In this document: in pieces, positions 1-9,296 of the stretch
How the letters are laid out: each line of letters starts with the position of its first letter
Position numbering within the stretch: position 1 is the stretch's first letter
The notes under the pieces: model-generated
What the model was told of the DNA's origin: nothing
What the model saw: the letters and a program-made list of their open reading frames with translations, nothing else
Database searches by the model: none
DNA from: Crocosphaera subtropica ATCC 51142
GTDB lineage: Bacteria; Cyanobacteriota; Cyanobacteriia; Cyanobacteriales; Microcystaceae
DNA: 32,000 nt
Assembly: GCF_000017845.1 (NCBI RefSeq)
Contig: NC_010546.1
Coordinates: forward strand, 1,380,001 to 1,412,000
Direction: 5' to 3'
Made by a program: the position numbers and the translations under genes

Positions 1-663
1 AAAATTAGTTTCTCCAATAAATTCTTTTGCATATTGAATCCATAAATCTAAGGGGGTAAGATGTGGATTTTCAACCATCATAAAGTCTTTATAATAAAAA
101 TCTCTATAGTTAGTATCATTTTTGTCCTTAAAAGCAGACCATCTTTTCATAGGAGCCAGTGTATAATCACTTTCTATTTGGGTCGCTTTAATCCTACTTG
201 CTATAGTATTATAGGGATCTCTTAAGATTAGAATATCAATATTTTTTTGAGCTTTGCCTAAATAAATTAGACGCATCAAATTATAGTAAGGATTGCTTAA
301 TGAAGATAACTCTATATCTTCATAGCTATGGATTACTATATCTTTAAAATAATTCTGCTCTAAAACCTTTCGCAATTTCTTAAAAAATCTCGTATTTCTT
401 CCTTGTCTGAATTGCCTTAATCCTGGCTTTAAATCATTTAAAAAAATAGTATCTTTTGGAACTTGGCCTAAGAGCCAATTGATAATAGCATGATTACCAC
501 TACGCCTCATTCCAATAATCCTTATACTTTTGCCAATCACAGGTGATTGATTATAGTTTTTTAGAAATACTTGAAGCTGTTCAAAGTCAGTAAAAATATC
601 TTTTTTCTTAGTCCTATAAAAATTAAGAATAGTCCCTAAATCATTGTTTTGAATAAAATTCAT
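1..663 (-). CDS. Sulfotransferase-family protein, C-terminally truncated by the window edge
   Basis: Minus-strand frame is open from ATG at 663-661 to position 1. It is absent from the ORF track because it is incomplete, so I translated it by hand: MNFIQNNDLGTILNFYRTKKKDIF...IIGMRRSGNHAIINWLLG...ILILRDPYNTIASR... 'GMRRSGNHA' resembles the 5'-PSB loop of PAPS sulfotransferases and 'RDPYNTIAS' the 3'-PB motif. Very AT-rich. Confidence 0.5.
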   Translation of the reverse strand, partial: MNFIQNNDLGTILNFYRTKKKDIFTDFEQLQVFLKNYNQSPVIGKSIRIIGMRRSGNHAIINWLLGQVPKDTIFLNDLKPGLRQFRQGRNTRFFKKLRKVLEQNYFKDIVIHSYEDIELSSLSNPYYNLMRLIYLGKAQKNIDILILRDPYNTIASRIKATQIESDYTLAPMKRWSAFKDKNDTNYRDFYYKDFMMVENPHLTPLDLWIQYAKEFIGETNF

Positions 664-876
664 GATATATTATAATTAGTTTCAGTAAAATAGTTTAGTT
701 ACTTATTAAGTTTAATTCTTATACAAATCCTAGATGCTAAACTAAAAATCAATCACCAGTCACTCTAATCTTAATGTTTCATGTTATGATAACACACTCT
801 ACAATTGTCTGAGCAATAATAATTTTTTAAGTTTTCATTTCTCTATTATTAATCGTTAATTGTCCCTTTTCTTAAC

Positions 877-1578
877 ATGACTAACAAACCTGTTGCAGTT
901 GTTCTTTTATCAGGTGGCTTAGACTCTGCTACCTCAGCAGCGATCGCCATTGACCAAGGTTATGAAGTGATCGCCCTTTCCTTACGCTATGGACAACGAC
1001 ACCAAAGAGAGTTAGATGCTGCAAAAATAATCGCTCAAACCCTCAATATCACTCAACATTACACGATCGATGTCAATATTGCTCAATGGGGAGGTTCCTC
1101 TTTAACCGATACTTCTTTATCTTTACCCCAAAGCGGTGTTGATGCCACCATTATCCCCTCTACCTATGTTCCTGGCAGAAACACAGTTTTTATCGCCCTA
1201 GCCCTCTCCTTAGCTGAAGCAAAGGGCGCACAAGCTATTTATTTAGGCATCAACGCTGTCGATTATTCTGGCTATCCCGATTGTCGCCCTGATTATCTAC
1301 AGGCTTATCAAACCTTGGCAAATCTTTCTTCTAAAGCAGGGCTTGTAGGAAAAGCTCCTCAACTGCTCGCCCCCTTGATCACAAAAACAAAAGTAGATAT
1401 CATAAAAGATGCTATTAAATTAGGGGTTCCCATAACTAAAACTTGGTCATGCTATCAAGGAGAGCAAGAACCCTGTGGCTTATGCGACTCTTGTCGTATC
1501 CGAGATCAGGCTTTAATTGAAGCCGGATACCCTGAGTTAGCCACCCCTAAAGGTAGAGAATTTAAAGACTTGTCTTGA
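877..1578 (+). CDS. queC: 7-cyano-7-deazaguanine synthase QueC
   Basis: N-terminal PP-loop '[12 protein letters not shown]'. C-terminal zinc-binding Cys cluster '[19 protein letters not shown]'. Length of 233 aa is typical of QueC. Confidence 0.93.
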   Translation: MTNKPVAVVLLSGGLDSATSAAIAIDQGYEVIALSLRYGQRHQRELDAAKIIAQTLNITQHYTIDVNIAQWGGSSLTDTSLSLPQSGVDATIIPSTYVPGRNTVFIALALSLAEAKGAQAIYLGINAVDYSGYPDCRPDYLQAYQTLANLSSKAGLVGKAPQLLAPLITKTKVDIIKDAIKLGVPITKTWSCYQGEQEPCGLCDSCRIRDQALIEAGYPELATPKGREFKDLS

Positions 1579-1879
1579 AGTTAAAAGACAACAAAAATAT
1601 TCAATAATTATAAACTAAGCTTCAAATTAGAGTGAACTAGGTTTAGGAATTTGAATACTGAGAAAATTACTCTGAGGCATCATTTCTTCAACAATGATAG
1701 CTAGAATAATTAATTAATAATAAAAACCTTGCAGAAACGCTTATGATTATTCATAGTTTAATCACCCTTATTTAATACAGTTTTATCTATTAAAAACACC
1801 ATTATTTGATATTGGTACACCATTCAAGATACAATGAAGCTTATGTTAACTCTATATTGATTTATATGGAATAAGTATT

Positions 1880-2470
1880 ATGTCTCACGCCACAGATATA
1901 AAAACCTTAGCTCGTTGGATGTGTTCTGATTTCAGTAATCAAGAACAAGCCTTTGAAAATCCTCCTTTTTATGCTCATATTCGTGTTTGTATTCGTCCTT
2001 TACCTCTAAGCAATTTTCCCGAACCCAGTTTATTTTTAGAACAAGCTTATGATTATGCGTTAAATCAACCTTATCGAATACGGGTATTAAAATTAAATAT
2101 TGTCGAGGAAAGAATTGAATTAGAAAATTATAAACTTAAAGACAAAGAAACCTTTTTGGGAGCATCCCGTGAGCCAGAAAAATTAAAAAAGCTCACCCCT
2201 AATGACATCGAATTAATGCAGGGGTGTGATATGTTTGTTGATTGGACAGGTACTAGCTTTAAAGGAATGGTTAAACCTGGCAGAAATTGTCGTATTGTTC
2301 GTAATGGAAAAGAAACCTATTTAGACAATAGTTTTGAAATTAATGACCATCAATTAATCAGCCTTGATCGGGGTTATGATCCCATTACCAATGAATTAGT
2401 TTGGGGATCAGTTGCGGGTGCATTTCACTTTAAACCTCGTCAAAGTTTCGCTAACGAAGTTGAATTCTAA
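1880..2470 (+). CDS. cpcT: CpcT/CpeT-family phycobiliprotein bilin lyase
   Basis: N-terminus 'MSHATDIKTLARWMCSDFSNQEQAFENPPFYAHIRVCIRPLP' matches the conserved CpcT N-terminal signature. Length of 196 aa is typical. Confidence 0.85.
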   Translation: MSHATDIKTLARWMCSDFSNQEQAFENPPFYAHIRVCIRPLPLSNFPEPSLFLEQAYDYALNQPYRIRVLKLNIVEERIELENYKLKDKETFLGASREPEKLKKLTPNDIELMQGCDMFVDWTGTSFKGMVKPGRNCRIVRNGKETYLDNSFEINDHQLISLDRGYDPITNELVWGSVAGAFHFKPRQSFANEVEF

Positions 2471-2474
2471 CCCC

Positions 2475-2870
2475 TTAATTTGGGCTAAGTCTTCCTCCAT
2501 TTAACACTTGATCAATACGCACTTGATGGGGAGTTTTTTGAGGTTCACTCTCCCCTCCTATCATTTGGGTGCAAGTAGGACTACTAAAACAAGCTTGTAT
2601 ATCCTTTCCTGCTTCTTCTCTGGTGGAAACTTCAGGATCTTCAGTATTTTCTAACCCTGTTTTTTCCGTAGGGTTTGCATTAGAATTAATCGGAGTAGAA
2701 GGAACCACGTTAGTATCAGAAGACGGGGTACATAACCCAGATAAATCAATAGTATTTCCTGCTTGATCAACCCCGTAACAAGTCGGAGAAGCTTGAACCT
2801 GATGAGAAATAATCGTGACTCCCATTAAAGAAGAAAAAATCAATAAACCAGTTGTGAAAAATCCCTGCAT
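2475..2870 (-). CDS. Small secreted Cys-containing hypothetical protein
   Basis: The 131 aa ORF has a signal-peptide-like N-terminus (MQGFFTTGLLIFSSLMGVTIISHQVQA|SP), a Pro/Thr/Ser/Glu-rich middle and several Cys. It converges on cpcT with a 4 bp gap. I recognised no family. Confidence 0.45.
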   Translation of the reverse strand: MQGFFTTGLLIFSSLMGVTIISHQVQASPTCYGVDQAGNTIDLSGLCTPSSDTNVVPSTPINSNANPTEKTGLENTEDPEVSTREEAGKDIQACFSSPTCTQMIGGESEPQKTPHQVRIDQVLNGGRLSPN

Positions 2871-2966
2871 AAAATTTGCCTATCATTAAGCTCAGTATTG
2901 ACTGCGATCGTAATAGTTGATGATAATGATAGACATCGCTAAATTTACGGAAATAAGCCGTTAAAA

Positions 2967-3536
2967 TTAGTTCAACTCTTGGGAAATTTCCAATTTAGGT
3001 TGAATAACAGTAGGCACTAATTCTAAAATTTGCTCAACAATATCATCAGGGGTTTGATATTCATCAATGATAATTTGTAAATCACATTGAGCATATAAAT
3101 AACGACGTTCCTCTAATAAAGATTGTAACTTTAAACTTAAATCTGTTTGTTGTAATAAAGGCCGAGTTTTGTCTTTTTTTAAACGTTTGGTTAGAATAGG
3201 GACAGGAGCATCTAACCAAACAATTAAACCATGATGTAAATAACTCCAATTGATTGGCTTTAAAATGATTCCACCGCCGGTTGCAATGACACTTTTAGTA
3301 CAAGATGCTAATTCTGAAAGTACCTGACTTTCAAGTTCACGAAATGTCTCTTCTCCTTGGGTAGCAAAAATATCACTAATCCTTTGTTGTGTCACTCGTT
3401 CAATTAGCACATCACTATCAAAAAAACGATAATTTAAACGCTGTGCTAATTTTTGCCCTACTGTTGTTTTACCGGTTCCCATCATACCAATTAGAAACAC
3501 ATTAACCCCTTGGAGTAGCTGTTGCATAGTCATCAT
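2967..3536 (-). CDS. aroK: Shikimate kinase
   Basis: Walker A 'GMMGTGKTTVG' near the N-terminus, 'FFDSD', 'ATGGG'. Size of about 189 aa fits. Several closely spaced Met codons (MMTMQ) make the exact start uncertain by a few codons. Confidence 0.9.
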   Translation of the reverse strand: MMTMQQLLQGVNVFLIGMMGTGKTTVGQKLAQRLNYRFFDSDVLIERVTQQRISDIFATQGEETFRELESQVLSELASCTKSVIATGGGIILKPINWSYLHHGLIVWLDAPVPILTKRLKKDKTRPLLQQTDLSLKLQSLLEERRYLYAQCDLQIIIDEYQTPDDIVEQILELVPTVIQPKLEISQELN

Positions 3537-3805
3537 TAAATGTCTAAGTAAGTTGGCCGACCTAATTATAACTTCCTATATTTAATCCCTTAACTCATCT
3601 CATAACGAGTTAGGGATAAGAAGTTAGATGATGGCCAAAAAATCTCCTTGGAACTCAGGCAATGATTGTGTTAAATTTTCTAATGAGGTACTCTGCTTAC
3701 TTTAGTCTCGACTCTAGTTGAGATGCTGAAAAGAAGCAACGGCATAGTAAACTATCCATACCATTCAATTATCCATCGTTCATTCGATAGCGGATTATAG
3801 CTTCA

Positions 3806-4474
3806 ATGTTTTCTAAACAAGTCACAGATTCCAAAGTCTATCAATGGTTCAATGATCGTCTAGAAATTCAAGCCATTTCTGACGATATCACCAGTAAATA
3901 CGTCCCCCCCCACGTTAATATCTTCTACTGTCTTGGCGGAATTACCTTAGTTTGCTTTCTGGTTCAGTTTGCAACTGGGTTTGCCATGACCTTCTACTAT
4001 AAGCCAACAGTAACCGAAGCGTTCTCTTCTGTTCAGTACATCATGAACGAAGTTAACTTCGGTTGGTTGATCCGTTCTATTCATCGTTGGTCAGCCAGTA
4101 TGATGGTATTAATGATGATCCTCCATGTCTTTCGTGTGTACTTAACTGGTGGCTTTAAAAAGCCCCGTGAGTTAACCTGGATGACAGGGGTTATCTTAGC
4201 GGTGATTACCGTTTCTTTTGGGGTAACAGGATACTCTTTACCCTGGGACCAAGTGGGTTACTGGGCGGTTAAAATCGTATCTGGTGTTCCTGCTGCAATT
4301 CCCGTCGTTGGAGATCAAATGGTCGAACTTCTAAGAGGTGGCCAAAGTGTGGGACAAGCAACCTTAACCCGTTTCTACAGTCTCCATACCTTCGTTTTTC
4401 CCTGGTTAATTGCAGTATTCATGTTAGCCCACTTCTTAATGATTCGTAAACAAGGGATTTCTGGTCCTTTGTAA
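3806..4474 (+). CDS. petB: Cytochrome b6
   Basis: 222 aa. '[48 protein letters not shown]' is near-identical to cyanobacterial PetB. Followed by petD. Confidence 0.97.
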   Translation: MFSKQVTDSKVYQWFNDRLEIQAISDDITSKYVPPHVNIFYCLGGITLVCFLVQFATGFAMTFYYKPTVTEAFSSVQYIMNEVNFGWLIRSIHRWSASMMVLMMILHVFRVYLTGGFKKPRELTWMTGVILAVITVSFGVTGYSLPWDQVGYWAVKIVSGVPAAIPVVGDQMVELLRGGQSVGQATLTRFYSLHTFVFPWLIAVFMLAHFLMIRKQGISGPL

Positions 4475-4497
4475 AGCCTATCTGAAGTAACAGACGG

Positions 4498-4550
4498 TGA
4501 TCAGTGAACAGTTAATTATGAGGAAATATTCCATAATTAATCACTGATTA
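4498..4550 (+). promoter_or_regulatory. Long intercistronic stem-loop between petB and petD
   Basis: tgatcagtga (4498-4507) and ttaattatg (4512-4520) pair with cataattaa (4532-4540) and tcactgatta (4541-4550). That gives 8+9 bp with a 4 nt bulge and an 11 nt loop. A second small hairpin, tatccg/cggata, lies at 4549-4564. Confidence 0.5.
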
Positions 4551-4607
4551 TCCGTATTCGGATAAAAACCCTGCTGATCCTCTATTTCGATAAGGAGAAA
4601 TTTGTAA

Positions 4608-5090
4608 ATGGCCATTGAAAAAAAGCCAGACCTAAGCGATCCTAAATTGCGTGCTAAGTTAGCCCAAGGAATGGGTCACAACTATTACGGTGAACCCGCT
4701 TGGCCTAACGACTTACTTTATGTGTTCCCTGTGGTTATCTTGGGAACCATTGGTTTATTGGTAGGTTTAGCGGTACTTGATCCCGCTTTAATTGGGGAAC
4801 CGGCTGATCCCTTTGCCACTCCCCTTGAAATTTTACCTGAATGGTATTTATATCCCGTTTTCCAAATTTTACGGGTTCTTCCCAACAAATTACTAGGAAT
4901 TGCCTGTCAAGGTGCTATTCCTTTGGGTTTACTATTGGTTCCTTTCATTGAAAGTGTCAACAAGTTTCAAAACCCCTTTCGTCGTCCCATTGCTACCGCA
5001 GTCTTCCTTTTCGGAACTGTTGTTACCATCTGGTTAGGTGCGGGTGCGACTTTCCCCATTGATGAGTCTTTAACTTTAGGCTTATTCTAA
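4608..5090 (+). CDS. petD: Cytochrome b6-f complex subunit IV
   Basis: 160 aa. '[43 protein letters not shown]' is the canonical PetD sequence. SD-like 'aaggaga' lies upstream of the ATG. Confidence 0.97.
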   Translation: MAIEKKPDLSDPKLRAKLAQGMGHNYYGEPAWPNDLLYVFPVVILGTIGLLVGLAVLDPALIGEPADPFATPLEILPEWYLYPVFQILRVLPNKLLGIACQGAIPLGLLLVPFIESVNKFQNPFRRPIATAVFLFGTVVTIWLGAGATFPIDESLTLGLF

Positions 5091-5115
5091 AACAACCTGA
5101 AACTTTAATTTTTTG

Positions 5116-5171
5116 CCTGTGATTGTTTCAACTCCTACTGAGGAAAAGAGCGATCGCAGGTATCTTTTTTT
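5116..5171 (+). terminator. Candidate petBD terminator
   Basis: cctgtgattg (5116-5125) pairs with cgatcgcagg (5151-5160), using two G-U wobbles. 25 nt loop, followed by tatcttttttta. The right arm contains a HIP1 site. Confidence 0.4.
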
Positions 5172-5205
5172 ATTTGTGGACATAAGGTTTTAGAGAGGTA
5201 ATACG

Positions 5206-5324
5206 AGATCCGCTACCAAATCCGCTTATCATCGTAGAGTAATCTTCTTTCTCCCTCTGCCTCCTCTGCTCCCTCTGCTCCCTCTGCCTTCTCAAGATGA
5301 TTGTCTACTGGCTAAAGCGGATCT
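5206..5324. repeat. Inverted-repeat-flanked element containing a 9-mer tandem repeat
   Basis: Arms agatccgct (5206-5214) and agcggatct (5316-5324), with further imperfect inner complementarity. They flank CTCCCTCTG-type nonamers x4.7 (5251-5293: ctccctctg cctcctctg ctccctctg ctccctctg ccttctc). No ORF on either strand. Confidence 0.55.
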
Positions 5325-5392
5325 AGTATAACTGCGTTGCGTAGCACGACGTAGTCGCACTCTGAACCCCTAACCCCGAACTCAGGTTAATT

Positions 5393-6739
5393 TTAGCCTC
5401 TTGCTGTACTCAAAGAGGGTAAGAAACTAACAAGAGAGGGAAAAATAATGATTAATATTAAGACTAAAAGTTGTAGCAAGATGAAAGGAATAGCACCACG
5501 ATAAATCTCTTCTGTTTTTAATTCTGGGGGTGCCACTCCCCTCAGATAAAATAGAGCGAAGCCAAAGGGAGGCGTTAGGAAAGAGGTTTGCAAATTAGCA
5601 GCTAAAATAACCCCGTACCACATCAAATCTATCCCTAATGTTTCAGCAACTGGCTTAAAAATAGGGATAACAATAAAAGCAATTTCAAAAAAGTCAATAA
5701 AAAAGCCTAAAATAAAGACAGTTAACATACTGACAGCTAAAAATCCATATTGACCCCCTGGCAATGTGGTTAAAATTTCTAACATAAAGTGATCCCCATT
5801 AACGCCTCGAAAAACTAAACTAAAAGCAGTTGAGCCAAAGAGAATAAAGATCACCATTGTGCTAATGCGTAACGTAGCATCACAAACTTGTTTTAAAGTA
5901 AGCCAATTTAATTCCTTATTAAAAGCAGCTAAAATCATGGTTCCCAATGCACCCACTGCACCAGCTTCTGTGGGGGTTGCAATGCCAAAAAAGATACTTC
6001 CTAACACCAACAAAATCAATAATAGAGGAGGAAGCATGGCTTGAGTTACTTGTTTGATTAATGCTTTCTTACTAATATTTCGTTCTTCTGGAGGCAAAGC
6101 TGGAGCAACATCTGGGCGAATTAAAGAAACAATAATAACATGAAGAGCGAAGGCACTAGCCATCATTAAACCTGGAATGATGGAGCCAATAAATAAACTA
6201 CCCACAGGAATGCCTAATTGATCCGCTAATACCACTAAAACAATACTCGGAGGAATTAATTGTCCCAACGTCCCTGATGCAACGATCGCTCCAGATGCCA
6301 ATTCTTTGTTATAACCATAGCGCAACATAATCGGCAGAGAAATTAAGCCCATGGCCACCACTGTTGCAGCAACAACTCCCGTTGTTGCTGCTAACAAAGC
6401 CCCTACAATAACCACCGCTAACGCAAGGCCACCCCGTAACCTACCGAATAAAATGCCCATTGTCAGTAATAATTTTTCGGCAATACCTGTCTTTTCCAGC
6501 ATCGATCCTAAAAAGATAAAATAGGGAATAGCTAGCAGGGTATAGTTTCCCATAATGCCGAAAATTCGACTCGGTAAAGCACTTAAAAAAACGGGATCAA
6601 ATGCCCCTAAAATTACACCAATCAGAGCAAAAATAATCGAAACGCCACCCAAAGAAAAAGCAACAGGATAACCAAAAGACAGTAGAATTAACGCCCCAAC
6701 AAACATTAAAGGGCCTAACCAATCATAGGTTAAGGTCAT
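5393..6739 (-). CDS. dctM: TRAP transporter large permease (DctM family)
   Basis: 448 aa polytopic membrane protein. Typical DctM features such as 'GIPVGSLFIGSIIPGL' and 'LTPPFGFALFYLRGVAP'. Overlaps the upstream small-permease gene by 17 nt. Confidence 0.88.
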   Translation of the reverse strand: MTLTYDWLGPLMFVGALILLSFGYPVAFSLGGVSIIFALIGVILGAFDPVFLSALPSRIFGIMGNYTLLAIPYFIFLGSMLEKTGIAEKLLLTMGILFGRLRGGLALAVVIVGALLAATTGVVAATVVAMGLISLPIMLRYGYNKELASGAIVASGTLGQLIPPSIVLVVLADQLGIPVGSLFIGSIIPGLMMASAFALHVIIVSLIRPDVAPALPPEERNISKKALIKQVTQAMLPPLLLILLVLGSIFFGIATPTEAGAVGALGTMILAAFNKELNWLTLKQVCDATLRISTMVIFILFGSTAFSLVFRGVNGDHFMLEILTTLPGGQYGFLAVSMLTVFILGFFIDFFEIAFIVIPIFKPVAETLGIDLMWYGVILAANLQTSFLTPPFGFALFYLRGVAPPELKTEEIYRGAIPFILLQLLVLILIIIFPSLVSFLPSLSTARG

Positions 6740-7277
6740 GGGGTTCCTCCTGGGGGGTTAATTGACCGGTAAATATCGCCCAATTTTTAACCGCTTCAGC
6801 TAAGCCTTGAAAAATCAGTAAGATGTAACTAACAATAATCATAGATTTAATGGGATAACGGGGAAGTCCCCCCGGATCAGAAGACATTTCTAAAATCTTC
6901 CAAGAATTGATAATATTACCCCAAGAATAATAAATTACCATTAAACAAAAAGGAATTAAAAAGATAAAAACACCAATAAAATTAGCTAAAGCTTTTCGTT
7001 TTGGCGACCAATCTTTATAGAACAGATCAACTCTAACGTGTTCATCGTGTTTAAGGGTATAAGCAGCCCCTAAAAGAAAGACGAGATCAAACAAATACCA
7101 TTGCACTTCAATTAAGGCATTAGAAGTTAAATTTTGTCCAATCAATCTGCCCAAGTATCGCCCGACAACGTTCCAAACCCCTACAAAAATCATGAGGAGA
7201 ACTAACCAATAAGTGAATCTTCCTATCCATTCGTTGATAGTATCGATAATTTTGGCAATATTTAGTAGCTTTTGCAA
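6723..7277 (-). CDS. dctQ: TRAP transporter small permease (DctQ family)
   Basis: 184 aa protein with about 4 TM segments, immediately upstream of and overlapping dctM. TTG start (7277-7275) is preceded by GAGG about 6 nt upstream. Confidence 0.75.
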   Translation of the reverse strand: MQKLLNIAKIIDTINEWIGRFTYWLVLLMIFVGVWNVVGRYLGRLIGQNLTSNALIEVQWYLFDLVFLLGAAYTLKHDEHVRVDLFYKDWSPKRKALANFIGVFIFLIPFCLMVIYYSWGNIINSWKILEMSSDPGGLPRYPIKSMIIVSYILLIFQGLAEAVKNWAIFTGQLTPQEEPHDLNL

Positions 7278-7310
7278 GGGTTGACCTCGATTTCAACTCA
7301 TGAGTATTTT

Positions 7311-7340
7311 AATATACCAGCATAAAGGAAATCGTGACAA
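7311..7340 (-). promoter_or_regulatory. Candidate promoter for dctQM
   Basis: On the minus strand: TTGTCA (7340-7335), an 18 nt spacer, then TATATT (7316-7311). Lies about 35 nt upstream of the TTG start at 7277. Confidence 0.3.
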
Positions 7341-7390
7341 GTTTATAGCATTATGATTATTTTTTTTAACAATTATCTGTCATTTTAGTC

Positions 7391-8482
7391 TCAATTGATG
7401 GAAGCCAAAGCTTCTGATAAATAGTCAGCAGTTGACTCAACTAAAGGGATTGTATTTTCATATAACATTCGAGTCGGACCAATTAATCCCACACTTCCCA
7501 CTGGAATATGTCCTTGACAATAAGTTGCAGAAATTAAACTACAGGGACGCATTGATTCTAAAGGATTTTCTGTACCTATTTTTAGGGTAACTCGTCGATT
7601 ACATAATTCAGATTCAGGAATATTTAAAATTAAAGGTAAGAGTTTATCTTGCTCTTCTTCTAGTAAATGGAGTAACATTTGAACTTGTTGTAATTGAGAA
7701 AATTCAGGTTGTCGTAAGACTTCTGAAACTCCATGAATCATCATCTGAGTAGAAATTGACGTTTTTAAATAAGTTTGTAGTTGTTTGAGTAAACTTTTCA
7801 AAAAATCGGCGTAGTTGATAAAATCTTGATCTATTTTTTCCCAATCTAAATGATTTAATTCTAATAGGGATTTTCCTTTTAATTGACTGTTTAAGAAATT
7901 AGAAAGAATATGTAATTCTTCCTCTAACCAATCTTGCTCTTCTTCGTTATCTCTCACTAAGGAAGCAGGAATGTCAACTACAATTGATTGAGTTTGGTAA
8001 CTGTCAGTAACCACCAATAACATGGCTTGTTTTGATGACACTGGGATCAGTTGAAGATGACGTAATTGATTAGGAGAGGTTTGGGGTAAAGTAATTAAAG
8101 CAATATAACCACTTAAGTTAGCTAAAATTTGCGTTGCTCTTTGTAAAGCGGTTTCAAAATTATAGGTTTTTTGTTGGAGTTGTTGGCTTAAATTTTGTTT
8201 AATTTGTTTGGCTCTTTTTTGGTTAGGAGTCATTAAATTATCGACATAAATTCGATAGCCAAAATCAGAAGGAATACGGCCGGCTGAGGTATGGGGTTGA
8301 TACAAAAAACCTGCTTTTTCTAATTTTCCTAAAGTATTACGAATGGTCGCTGAACTAACCATAAAATCGTATTCTTTCACTAAAGTTTTTGAGCCAACTG
8401 GTTCTGCTGTAGCAATATAATGTTGTACGGTTGCCCGTAAAATGTCTTGATGACGTTGATTTAATAAAGTAGTAACGTTCAT
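7391..8482 (-). CDS. hrcA: Heat-inducible transcriptional repressor HrcA
   Basis: N-terminal winged-helix signature 'LNQRHQDILRATVQHYIATAEPVGSKTLVKEY...SSATIRNTLGKLEKAGFLYQPHTSAGRIPSDFGYRIYVD'. The ORF track starts at TTG 8500. I prefer the in-frame ATG at 8482 (MNVTTLLNQRHQ...). Confidence 0.9.
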   Translation of the reverse strand: MNVTTLLNQRHQDILRATVQHYIATAEPVGSKTLVKEYDFMVSSATIRNTLGKLEKAGFLYQPHTSAGRIPSDFGYRIYVDNLMTPNQKRAKQIKQNLSQQLQQKTYNFETALQRATQILANLSGYIALITLPQTSPNQLRHLQLIPVSSKQAMLLVVTDSYQTQSIVVDIPASLVRDNEEEQDWLEEELHILSNFLNSQLKGKSLLELNHLDWEKIDQDFINYADFLKSLLKQLQTYLKTSISTQMMIHGVSEVLRQPEFSQLQQVQMLLHLLEEEQDKLLPLILNIPESELCNRRVTLKIGTENPLESMRPCSLISATYCQGHIPVGSVGLIGPTRMLYENTIPLVESTADYLSEALASIN

Positions 8483-8548
8483 AATGGGTTGAGCGGTCAA
8501 TCTAAGACTTGATAAAATGGTTGTTAATATTAAAGCAGTTTTTAGTCA

Positions 8549-8899
8549 TTAATATTGAGGAATCGTAGCATCAACTCTTGCAGCATAAGCTGCAATTCCT
8601 CCCGATATATTTTTAACATTTGTAAACCCGTTGTTAAGTAACCAAAGACACATTTGTGCCGATCGCATTCCGTGATGACAGAGGACAAAGGTTTCTTTAT
8701 GAGGATCAAAACGCTGGTCAATATCAGCAGACCATTGTTCAAACTGACTTAAAGACAGCACTTCAAACCCTTCAATATAGGCGATCGCTACTTCTTCGGG
8801 TTCTCTGACATCAATTAATTGTAACTCATGGAGGTCTTGGGCTAAGTGTTGCGCTAATTCCTCAACGCTAATGACAGGAAGAGATTGAAATTGATTCAT
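8549..8899 (-). CDS. Single-domain rhodanese-like sulfurtransferase
   Basis: 116 aa. Active-site loop 'CHHGMRS' (CxxGxR[ST]). 'LIDVREPEE' is typical of rhodanese domains. Only 66 nt (8483-8548) separate it from the preferred hrcA ATG at 8482, so the two are probably co-transcribed. Confidence 0.8.
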   Translation of the reverse strand: MNQFQSLPVISVEELAQHLAQDLHELQLIDVREPEEVAIAYIEGFEVLSLSQFEQWSADIDQRFDPHKETFVLCHHGMRSAQMCLWLLNNGFTNVKNISGGIAAYAARVDATIPQY

Positions 8900-9011
8900 T
8901 AGGGTACTTCAAATCAGTAGATTTAAGTACACATTAACAGATCCTTAAACAAATTTCTGGGGAAAATTCCTCATGCTGAATAGACAACCGATAAACAAAA
9001 ATCAAGTTTCA

Positions 9012-9248
9012 TCAAAAAATAATAAGGTCTAAAACCCTATTAATTTTTGTAATTACTTTAAAACGGCAAAAAAACGACCCAAAAGAAACCAATTCCCTAT
9101 AACTTTCGTGCAAGATGTTACTTGCCTCAGAATTTTTGGGAAATATAATACTGTAGTCTAAACCTTGGCCATATTTCAGTGCAATCTGAGAAATTATGTC
9201 TTTTGATTCTGTCACGACGTGCCTTGATGGCCATTCGAGTCTACTCAT
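9012..9248 (-). CDS. Doubtful small ORF (78 aa)
   Basis: Sole ORF in the 397 bp spacer, divergent from the 9297 gene. The N-terminal half (VVTESKDIISQIALKYGQG) is faintly LysM-like. The C-terminal half is AT-rich and low-complexity, with several rare AGG codons. It may be non-coding. Confidence 0.2.
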   Translation of the reverse strand: MSRLEWPSRHVVTESKDIISQIALKYGQGLDYSIIFPKNSEASNILHESYRELVSFGSFFCRFKVITKINRVLDLIIF

Positions 9249-9296
9249 AATGAATCCTAACTGATGCTTAATCTATGACTCCAGAGGAGAAACCCC

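Noticed and set aside
664-876. Possible preQ1 riboswitch upstream of queC
   Set aside because: I looked for the preQ1-I core (short P1 stem followed by CCCUCUAUAAAAAACUAA-like tail). Only a vague 'ctaaactaaaaatc' is present, with no pairing partner. queC is not typically riboswitch-controlled in cyanobacteria.
2569-2766. 65 aa plus-strand ORF
   Set aside because: Lies entirely antisense within the 2475-2870 secreted-protein ORF. No RBS and low-complexity translation. Most likely a shadow ORF.
3688-3700. NtcA-like site upstream of petB
   Set aside because: The sequence is GTA-N7-TAC, not the canonical GTA-N8-TAC, and there is no appropriately spaced -10 box.
5859-6044. 61 aa ORF antisense to dctM
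   Set aside because: Embedded in a well-supported membrane-protein gene, so it is a typical antisense shadow frame.
8542-8742. 66 aa minus-strand ORF overlapping the rhodanese gene
   Set aside because: It is an alternative frame of the same strand within a gene that has a clear rhodanese active-site motif. No independent support.
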